In this document: positions 9,673 to 16,681 of the stretch, in pieces
How positions within the stretch are numbered: the first letter of the stretch is position 1
Layout: each line of letters opens with the position of its first letter
Origin: Treponema sp.
Lineage (GTDB): Bacteria; Spirochaetota; Spirochaetia; Treponematales; Treponemataceae
Assembly: GCF_024400915.1 (NCBI RefSeq)
Contig: NZ_JAKSLX010000014.1
Direction: 5' to 3' (one strand)
Length of the DNA stretch: 64,000 nt
The notes under the pieces: generated by a model
The model's database searches: none
What the model was told of the DNA's origin: nothing
The model's input: the letters and a program-made list of their open reading frames with translations, nothing else
Position numbers and translations under genes: made by a program

Positions 9673-10227
9673 TTATTCTGTCTGATATCTTGCCCGTTCT
9701 CCGCCAATCAATTTTGGACGACACCAGGCAGCGACGACATGAGCATTTCCAACAACATTTTGCGCCGGATGCACAGGCACCGCAACATCCTTCAGATGCA
9801 TTCCTATAAGGACATCACCAATATCCACACCGGCACTTGCCTTTACATGCTCTACGACAACAGCATTTTCAAAGCCATAGAAGGCAGCGGTCGCAAAAGA
9901 TCCACCACCATGAAGCCATGGAACAACGGATACAGGCTCATATCCATATCTGTCAGCACAATCCTGCTCAATAACCAGAGCACGATTAAGATGTTCGCAG
10001 CACTGGCAGGCAAGATATATTCCATTTGATCTCAAGATTTCGTGGGCTGTTTCGAATACAGCTTTCCCAATTTCCTCTGAAGAATCCTTTCCCATCTTTC
10101 CACCTGCAATCTCGCTGGAAGAACAGCCAATCACAAAAACAGATTCCTTTTTCTGAGGATGCTCCTGAAGAAATTCCGTAAGCAACTTTCTGACCTGCGA
10201 TTTTACATTCTCGATTTCTGCGCTCAT
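9673..10227 (-). CDS. TIGR01440/UPF0340 (DUF436) family protein
   Basis: Motifs IGCSSSEI, CEHLNRALV, GVDIGDVLIGMHLKDVAVPV and RPKLIGGERARY. Start set to ATG 10227, 1 nt after the upstream stop. Confidence 0.85.
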   Translation of the reverse strand: MSAEIENVKSQVRKLLTEFLQEHPQKKESVFVIGCSSSEIAGGKMGKDSSEEIGKAVFETAHEILRSNGIYLACQCCEHLNRALVIEQDCADRYGYEPVSVVPWLHGGGSFATAAFYGFENAVVVEHVKASAGVDIGDVLIGMHLKDVAVPVHPAQNVVGNAHVVAAWCRPKLIGGERARYQTE

Positions 10228-10228
10228 T

Positions 10229-10606
10229 TTACTCAGCCTCTTTGATTTCAATCTTTCCGCTTGCAGCAACCTTTATGGCAAATGATTTTGACTCAATCAC
10301 GGAATCCTCAAGCCAGGGTCTGCTGTAGACAAATTTGATTCTGGTTTCCCCCGGTTCAAGAGACTTAAGCTTATATTCAAACATTGACGGTGCGCCAACA
10401 ATGCCATCGGCACCAAGATAAGTGACCGTCTCTTCTATTGAGAAAATTCCGTCGTCATCAAGATTGTAGGTCCAGGTATATCCTGTGGTAGGATTGCCTC
10501 TAAGCACGATGGTCTCATCCTGACTTTTGAATTTTGATGTAAGACAACCGGCAAACAACACAGCACCGGAAATTCCCAAAAAGGCCCATTCAAGCATTTT
10601 TTTCAT
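10229..10606 (-). CDS. chagasin-family (I42) peptidase inhibitor lipoprotein
   Basis: Signature GNPTTGYTW. Lipobox LFAGC when started at ATG 10606 (MKKMLEWAFLGISGAVLFAGC). Confidence 0.75.
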   Translation of the reverse strand: MKKMLEWAFLGISGAVLFAGCLTSKFKSQDETIVLRGNPTTGYTWTYNLDDDGIFSIEETVTYLGADGIVGAPSMFEYKLKSLEPGETRIKFVYSRPWLEDSVIESKSFAIKVAASGKIEIKEAE

Positions 10607-10815
10607 GAGATGATTGTAGCATAAATCAAGACCGAAAAAAAGCATTGATATCCCTGTCAAAACAGTTGATTTTGGCTTTTTTTTGGCTTAAATCCGCACG
10701 AATTCAAAACCCTTTAAAAATCGCTCTAAAACGCGTCATTTTAACTCAGTCGATAAATTATTCGTTTTTTTTAAATCGACGCGTATACGTGAATCCTAGA
10801 GCGGTGTTTTTTGTG

Positions 10816-10934
10816 TACCTATATTATAGGTATTGCGGTATTTTCTACCTATTTTTTACCTACTTTTATGATATATTTTTACCTATTTTCTAAGTATTTT
10901 GGTATTTTTTACCGAATATTTAGGTATATTGGTA
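10816..10934. promoter_or_regulatory. cluster of GGTA/TACC repeats upstream of parA (candidate centromere/operator)
   Basis: Ten GGTA/TACC tetramers in ~120 bp. They include the palindrome TACCTATA-T-TATAGGTA (10816-10832) and two GGTA-T5-TACC units (10837-10849, 10901-10913). A TATAAT-like box follows near 10967. Confidence 0.5.
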
Positions 10935-11009
10935 TGGAAATTTTTGTATTTTTATTATATAATTTTTACATAGGCGAAAAAAATTAAATTTTGGGAGGAC
11001 CCATTTTTT

Positions 11010-11774
11010 ATGAAAATAATAACAGTTGCGCTCCAGAAGGGTGGGGTAGGAAAAACATCAGTTGCTGTAAGCCTTGCGGTGGAATTATCGAAGAAAGGAA
11101 ACACGATCCTTATCGATGCTGACCCTCAGGGAAATGCCACAACATGGCTCGATATCCAGACCATGGAATATGAGCTTGCGGATCTCCTTAATGGAAAATG
11201 CACCCTTGAAAAATGCATCACAAAGACAAACACAGAAAACCTTGCGATCATTCCAACTGCAGGTCTTGGCGGAGAACTTAAGGAATACAGCGAGAACAAG
11301 GCAGGCGGAAACCAGGGGAAAATCAAAAAGACACTCAAGGAAGTTGCCAAGAATTTTGATTACTGCGTCATAGACACTTCTCCAAGCTTTGGAAACTTTG
11401 AACGTTCGATTTTCTATGCGACAAACGAAATCATAGCTGTGCTTCAGCTTGATGAATTCTCAAAAGACGGACTGCAGATCTTCAATGACCGTTTGACAAC
11501 CTTTATCAACGACAACCTTGAAGAGGATGAAGCAAGACCTGTTTTCAACAAAATCGTGTTCAACGCAAAGGATGAACGAATTTCCCAGCAGACAATCATT
11601 CTCAAGCAGTTCATGCCATTGAAAGACCATGGATACAACCTTTATGTGATTCCGGTAGACCAGGCATACAGAAAAGCACAGAGCGCCCATATTTCCGTTC
11701 AGGATTTTAGCGGCACAAAAAGAGAAACATTGGAAACATTGAAATCATTGGCTGATGATTTGACAAAGGAGTAG
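11010..11774 (+). CDS. parA: ParA/Soj-type partition ATPase
   Basis: Deviant Walker A KGGVGKTS at the N-terminus, 254 aa. GGGAGG upstream. Confidence 0.9.
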   Translation: MKIITVALQKGGVGKTSVAVSLAVELSKKGNTILIDADPQGNATTWLDIQTMEYELADLLNGKCTLEKCITKTNTENLAIIPTAGLGGELKEYSENKAGGNQGKIKKTLKEVAKNFDYCVIDTSPSFGNFERSIFYATNEIIAVLQLDEFSKDGLQIFNDRLTTFINDNLEEDEARPVFNKIVFNAKDERISQQTIILKQFMPLKDHGYNLYVIPVDQAYRKAQSAHISVQDFSGTKRETLETLKSLADDLTKE

Positions 11775-11778
11775 GAAA

Positions 11779-12102
11779 ATGGCAGGAAAAAAGATTTCAC
11801 AGGAACAGCTCGCCGGAAACACAGAAGTTTTTGCAGATTTGCTTACTTCTGTTCCATCCAAGAAAACACCATCTGCCGTTCAGGCAGCTGCAGAAGAAAC
11901 AAAACCGGAAAAGGATGTCCATCTTACAATGCTTGTTAAGGAATCCACCAGAAAGGCATGGAAACAGTTCTTTATTGAACATGACCTGAACACAACACAG
12001 GGAATCGAAATTGCGATGCGCCATCTTATTGATGACATTGAAAACAAGAAATACAAACTTTCAAAGGGAGGTCTGTCTAAAATTATAGACGACCAGGATT
12101 AA
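11779..12102 (+). CDS. small partition adaptor, ribbon-helix-helix-like (ParG/omega-like)
   Basis: 107 aa, starting 4 nt after parA, with AAGGAG upstream. The C-terminal VHLTMLVKESTRKAWKQFFIEHDLNTTQGIEIAMRHLIDD looks like strand-helix-helix. The role is inferred from position. Confidence 0.55.
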   Translation: MAGKKISQEQLAGNTEVFADLLTSVPSKKTPSAVQAAAEETKPEKDVHLTMLVKESTRKAWKQFFIEHDLNTTQGIEIAMRHLIDDIENKKYKLSKGGLSKIIDDQD

Positions 12103-12137
12103 TCGAAAGTAAAATTTTGTAGACAGGAACCGAAAAA

Positions 12138-12820
12138 CGACTACTGAAATCCACTTGTGGACAACGGTAGTCGTTTTTGTTTAAAAAAGTGGAGTTTGGT
12201 AGTCATTGTATTTTGATAGACAGAATTTCATGGACTTTGGTAGTCGAATAATGGAAAAAATGTAAAATTCTGGTGGAGTTCGGTAGTTGTTGCTGAATTT
12301 GGTAGACAGAATTCAATATATTTTGGACTTTAGTAGTCGTGGACATTGGTAGTTGATTGATTCAGACTGCGAAGGCGTGGAAGGGTGCGGAGCAGTAAAA
12401 CGAAAGTTTTACCGAGGGTGACCGAGCCCTGGAAGGCCGTTTTGTGGAAGAAGGTCCGCCAAGAGTTAAATCAAGAAAAAGTGGATATAGGTAGTTTTTA
12501 GTGGTGGATTTCAGTAGTTGTTCATCGCAACAAAGAAAAATGGATATCGGTAGTCCTTGGTTTATATGATTTCTGGAGAATGGACTTGAGTAGTTATTAA
12601 AATATTTCAGGCGGATTAAAAACAACGGAATTCAAAATGAATCGTTGAAAGTTTCAACTACTTGTGGTATTATTTATGTAGTCTACTAACTAATCTTTTT
12701 GACTTGTAAAAAGTCGTTTTGGCAATTTTTTCAGGTTCTAGGATAACGGTAGTCGAAACTGTGGAGTTGAGTAGTTGCTTTTTGGACATCAGTAGTCTGA
12801 AATTTGGACTTGGGTAGTTG
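12138..12820. repeat. iteron field (candidate oriV): 14 direct copies and 1 inverted copy of TGGAnnTnnGTAGTyr
   Basis: Direct copies start at 12158, 12190, 12231, 12274, 12324, 12340, 12482, 12505, 12541, 12581, 12740, 12762, 12783 and 12805. The inverted copy is at 12138-12153 and a degenerate copy at 12293. The field is noncoding and lies between the par genes and rep. Confidence 0.85.
12356..12479. repeat. G-rich conserved module, copy A (candidate structured RNA or ssDNA signal)
   Basis: 12356-12460 differs at only 6 of 105 positions from 21988-22092. GC is ~58% by hand count, within AT-rich flanks. Hairpins are GTAAAAC-GAAA-GTTTTAC (12395-12412) and AGGGT-GACCGA-GCCCT (12415-12430). Confidence 0.6.
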
Positions 12821-12835
12821 AATCTCTCTGTAACT

Positions 12836-12905
12836 CCTTGCATTACAACAAATTATAACGTTGTTAATTAATAATAATATAAATTCATAATGGAATTACA
12901 AAAAA
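12836..12905. promoter_or_regulatory. AT-rich stretch (candidate DNA-unwinding element and rep promoter)
   Basis: Almost pure A/T between the last iteron and the rep ATG. Confidence 0.4.
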
Positions 12906-13883
12906 ATGAATGATTTATCTACGACAAAGCGGGAAACCGTCATCCAATCAAACTCAATAAGCCGGGGCATCTACACCTGTAGTCCTTTGGCCAGAAAGCT
13001 CATTGCCTATTGTATTCTTAAAATCGATTATTATCCACAGAAAATCGAAAATTCGGAGATCAACACTATACATCATTTCAAAAGCAGCTTCTCAATCTCC
13101 GAATTCATAAACAAGCTTGGAATCTCAAAAGGCTCAAATACCTATACCCAGGTAAAAAGAGCTGTTGAGGAATTGACCACAAGTGTAATCCAGGTTGAGA
13201 ATACGGAGGAGAAATACAAGGCCTTTACCTGGTTTTCTTCTGCTGACTACGATAAGAAGAAAGATTTGATCGAACTGGAATTCAACCAGCAGATTGGTCT
13301 TGCGATTATCGAATGGAAAGAGAAAAAACAGTATTCGGCAATGAACATAAAGATTATCGGTGAGCTTCAGAGTTTTTATGCCCTCCGTTTTTTTGAGATC
13401 GCCTGTTCCTGGTATAATTCGAAAGGCCGCTACGGTAACGAAAAGGATCAGTGGAAATTTGATCTTTCTGTTGAAGAAATAAAACGTATGTTCAAGATCG
13501 ACAAGGATGCATACAAAGACCGCATGAACAACTTTATTACAAAGGTCGTAAAGAATCCTCTTGAGGAATTGAACAGAATAAACAAGGATTTTACCATTTC
13601 CTATACAAAAATCGTGGAGCATCACAGGACGGTTGGCTTTACCTTTACCTGTACCCAGTGTGATGTTATAAAAATTGAGGCTGACGACACTTCGTACGTG
13701 AAGGAAGAGAAGCGACAGCTGAATGATGAGACAATCGAAATGGAATATTACAAGACAAAATATCCAGAGGAATGGGCGGAAGCAATGAAGCTTGCGGAAG
13801 AACAGAATGAGCTTCCTTTTGATTTTGCTCCTGCGACTGAAGCCCGCGCATTGAATTATCTTCTGGAAAAGGGATTGAAGTAG
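12906..13883 (+). CDS. plasmid replication initiator, Rep_3-like
   Basis: The N-terminal VIQSNSISRGIYTCSPLARKLIAYCILKI matches the Rep_3 pattern (N.li.a.y.L...e.rl). 325 aa, directly downstream of the iterons. Confidence 0.75.
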   Translation: MNDLSTTKRETVIQSNSISRGIYTCSPLARKLIAYCILKIDYYPQKIENSEINTIHHFKSSFSISEFINKLGISKGSNTYTQVKRAVEELTTSVIQVENTEEKYKAFTWFSSADYDKKKDLIELEFNQQIGLAIIEWKEKKQYSAMNIKIIGELQSFYALRFFEIACSWYNSKGRYGNEKDQWKFDLSVEEIKRMFKIDKDAYKDRMNNFITKVVKNPLEELNRINKDFTISYTKIVEHHRTVGFTFTCTQCDVIKIEADDTSYVKEEKRQLNDETIEMEYYKTKYPEEWAEAMKLAEEQNELPFDFAPATEARALNYLLEKGLK

Positions 13884-13921
13884 TCTTTTAGCTGCAGTTA
13901 TTCTGCGACTACCAATGTCCA
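13871..13921. repeat. convergent pair of iteron-like sites at the rep 3' end
   Basis: A degenerate GGGATTGAAGTAGTCT (13871-13886) contains the rep TAG stop. An inverted exact TGGACATTGGTAGTCG lies at 13906-13921. Confidence 0.6.
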
Positions 13922-13994
13922 ATTTAGTTGTTATATATAGAAGAAACTTTATATTTATAAAAAATATCGTAAAATTTGTAAAACCGGAGTTTTT

Positions 13995-15446
13995 ATGAAA
14001 AAACAGATTTTTAATCCTTATATGCCTTCATGGGAATATGTTCCTGATGGAGAGCCTCATGTTTTTGGTGATCGTGTTTACGTTTATGGTTCTCACGATA
14101 TGTTCAATGGTTGCGTTTTCTGTCTTGGAGATTATGTCTGTTATTCTGCACCTGTTACAGATTTGACAGACTGGAAATATGAGGGCGTGATCTACAGAAA
14201 GGACCAGGATCCTGTTCAGGATGGAAGAATGGTTCTTTATGCGCCAGATGTTACTGTTGGTCCTGATGGACGTTATTACCTTTATTACGTTTTTGACAAG
14301 GTTGGCTTTGTTTCTGTTGCCGTTTGTGACACTCCAGCTGGAAAATATGAATTCTATGGCCATGTTCACTACAAGGATGGAACAAGAATGGGAGACAGGG
14401 AAGGTGATATGCCACAGTTTGATCCTGCTGTAATCACCGAAGGAAATAAAACATACCTATATACCGGTTTTTGCGGTAATCACATGAAGGACAGAATCGG
14501 TGCGATGGCAACAGTTCTTGGTCCTGATATGCTGACCGTTGAAGAAGAGCCTGTTGTAATCATTCCTGGTGATGAATATGCGAAAAAGGATGTTGTTGTG
14601 GAGACAGGATGCAAGTATAAGCTGGATTCTGTTGAAAATTGGCCTGCATTCAAGAACCATGAATTTTTCGAGGCACCTTCTATCCGTAAGGTTGGTGACA
14701 CATATTATTTTGTTTTCTCTTCTGCCGTCATGCATGAGCTTTGCTATGCTACAAGCAAACAGCCAACCAGTGGATTTGTTTACGGTGGTGTCATTGTTTC
14801 AAATTGTGATGTCGGCATTGATTCTTATAAACCTGCTGACATGCCTGCCGCATACGGTGCGAACAATCATGGTGGCTTTGAGCTCATCAATGGCGAGTAC
14901 TACATGTTCTATCATCGTCACACAAACGGTAACTGGTATAGCCGCCAGGGATGTGCAGAAAAAATCAGGATTCTCGAGGATGGAACAATTCCACAGGTTG
15001 AAATCACTTCCTGCGGTTTGAATGGTGGTCCTTTGAAGGCAGAAGGGGAATATGGAGCTTACATCGCATGTAACATGTTCGTTCCTTCAAATCCAAATAA
15101 ATATGTGGGAGCTCACGGATGTCCGACAATCACCCAGGATGGTGTTGATGGGGACCAGAATCCAGGTTACATCAAAGACATTCCAGAAGGCACTGTGATT
15201 GGATTCAAATATTTTGAATTCAAGAATGTAAAGAAGATCACGATTACTACCCGCGGATATTTCTATGGCGGTTATGAAGTCAGAACAAAGTGGGACGGTC
15301 CTGCTGTAGGATTCATTGATTGTCTTTCCAGCAATTTCTGGGAAGAATATTCTGGTGAAGTTTCTATTCCTGATGGCGTTTCTGCTTTGTATCTTGTTTC
15401 AAAAGCATCTGGAAATGGTCAGCTTGCGAAAATCAAATTTAATTAA
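13995..15446 (+). CDS. glycoside hydrolase family 43 protein
   Basis: N-terminal NPYMPSWEYVPDGEPHVFGDRVYVYGSHD is typical of a GH43 subfamily. No signal peptide. Confidence 0.8.
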   Translation: MKKQIFNPYMPSWEYVPDGEPHVFGDRVYVYGSHDMFNGCVFCLGDYVCYSAPVTDLTDWKYEGVIYRKDQDPVQDGRMVLYAPDVTVGPDGRYYLYYVFDKVGFVSVAVCDTPAGKYEFYGHVHYKDGTRMGDREGDMPQFDPAVITEGNKTYLYTGFCGNHMKDRIGAMATVLGPDMLTVEEEPVVIIPGDEYAKKDVVVETGCKYKLDSVENWPAFKNHEFFEAPSIRKVGDTYYFVFSSAVMHELCYATSKQPTSGFVYGGVIVSNCDVGIDSYKPADMPAAYGANNHGGFELINGEYYMFYHRHTNGNWYSRQGCAEKIRILEDGTIPQVEITSCGLNGGPLKAEGEYGAYIACNMFVPSNPNKYVGAHGCPTITQDGVDGDQNPGYIKDIPEGTVIGFKYFEFKNVKKITITTRGYFYGGYEVRTKWDGPAVGFIDCLSSNFWEEYSGEVSIPDGVSALYLVSKASGNGQLAKIKFN

Positions 15447-15467
15447 TTTCTGTTTCTGATGAAATTT

Positions 15468-15514
15468 AAAGGCATCGGTCTGGTTCTGATTGGAATTGGG
15501 CCGATGCCTTTTTT
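15468..15514 (+). terminator. Rho-independent terminator
   Basis: Stem GGCATCGG/CCGATGCC (15471-78 / 15501-08) followed by TTTTTT. Confidence 0.7.
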
Positions 15515-15595
15515 GTTAGGGCAAATGGCATTCATAGGATTCGAATTTAGATTTGTAGAATCGTTGTTCCGTTATTATATTTATGTTATGGGAGT

Positions 15596-16456
15596 ATGTT
15601 GAAAATTCGAATGAAAAATATCTGGAGACTTTCTTTGCTGATTGTGGCCTCGGTTCTGATGGCTGTGAACATCAATACTTTTGTGCATATTGGAGGTTTG
15701 CTGCCAGGTGGATTTTCCGGAATCACCTTGCTGTTGCAGGAAATCCTTAAAACCTATCTGAATATTAAAATCCCGTTCAGCCTTGTTTATTGGCTTTTGA
15801 ATTTGGTGCCTGCCGCAATCTGTTTTAGAAATGTCGGAAAGAAATTCACTCTCTATTCCCTGATCGTGATTGTGCTGGCCGGTTTTCTTACAGATTTTAT
15901 TCCCGGTCTTGATATAACACAGGATATCCTTCTTTGTGCGATTTTTGGAGGAATCATCAATGGTGTTGCAGTCTGTCTCTGTCTGTTTGCGGGAGCCACC
16001 AGCGGCGGAACGGATTTTATTTCCATCATAGTTTCGGAAAAAACAGGAAAGAGCATCTGGAATTATATCTTTATTGGAAATTGTGCGGTCCTTGTTGTTT
16101 TTGGACTCCTTTTTGGATGGAACCGCGCTCTTTATTCAATAATCTTCCAGTATGTAAGCACACAGATCCTGAACATGCTCTATAAAAGATATCAGAAATC
16201 CACTCTGCTGATTGTTACGGACAAACCGTCGGAAATCGTATCTCTGGTTCGTTCCACCTTAAACCACGATGCTACCATTTTTACGGGAGAAGGCGGCTAT
16301 ACCGGAAAGGACAGGAAGATGGTCTATACGGTAGTTTCCAGCGATGAGGTGGAAAAGCTTACTTCTCTGATAAAGGATTGTGATTCATCTGCTTTTGTGA
16401 ACATTCTGCAGACAAAGGTTTTGAAAGGAAATTTCTTTATGAGGAAAAATGACTAG
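15596..16456 (+). CDS. YitT family membrane protein (DUF2179)
   Basis: Five TM segments plus the C-terminal DUF2179-like region; typical YitT layout. Confidence 0.8.
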   Translation: MLKIRMKNIWRLSLLIVASVLMAVNINTFVHIGGLLPGGFSGITLLLQEILKTYLNIKIPFSLVYWLLNLVPAAICFRNVGKKFTLYSLIVIVLAGFLTDFIPGLDITQDILLCAIFGGIINGVAVCLCLFAGATSGGTDFISIIVSEKTGKSIWNYIFIGNCAVLVVFGLLFGWNRALYSIIFQYVSTQILNMLYKRYQKSTLLIVTDKPSEIVSLVRSTLNHDATIFTGEGGYTGKDRKMVYTVVSSDEVEKLTSLIKDCDSSAFVNILQTKVLKGNFFMRKND

Positions 16457-16483
16457 CGGAAATTTTTTCGCCGTGAATTTGGG

Positions 16484-16499
16484 TGGATATTGGTAGTCA
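16484..16499 (+). repeat. isolated iteron-like 16-mer TGGATATTGGTAGTCA
   Basis: Intergenic, 28 nt after the yitT-like stop. The 15-mer is identical to the copy at 32-47. Confidence 0.6.
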
Positions 16500-16681
16500 T
16501 ATTCAGATTCATGATTTCCTCTTTTTTCTATAACAAGAATTTATTAATGTAAGAACATCTAACCGCCTCTGACTCAGTAAAAATTTGTTTTATTACATGA
16601 AATTTAAGTTATAATGAATTCGAAATAAAAATATGAAAATGGGGTTCTGTTTTCATAAGTCTTATACAAAGAGAGAATGAA

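Noticed and set aside
12362-12625. 87-aa minus-strand ORF covering the G-rich module and four iterons
   Set aside because: It runs through repeat DNA and has no ribosome-binding site. The second copy of the module (21988-22112) carries no comparable ORF, so the conservation is not protein-coding.
12138-12820. The repeat field might be a CRISPR array
   Set aside because: The repeats are only 16 bp, degenerate and irregularly spaced (16-50 bp), one is inverted, and no cas genes are present. The position between the par genes and rep fits iterons.
13031-13039. Perfect DnaA box TTATCCACA inside rep, with a second one at 38781-38789 inside the EAL gene
   Set aside because: A given 9-mer is expected about 0.5 times by chance in 128 kb of two-strand sequence. 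Both copies are inside coding sequence and there is no cluster. The copy 125 bp into rep may still be worth testing.
13134-13922. 262-aa ORF antisense to rep
   Set aside because: It lies entirely opposite a gene with a clear Rep_3-like N-terminus, has a low-complexity K/F/L-rich product and has no start context. It is a shadow ORF of AT-rich coding DNA.
16321-16340. GGTAGT-containing strings that look iteron-like: 16321-16340 in the yitT-like gene and TTGGCCAGGTAGTAGTA at 51821-51837
   Set aside because: The spacing between the TGG(A) part and GTAGT is off by 1-2 nt and the TGGA is not intact, so they do not fit the 16-mer consensus.
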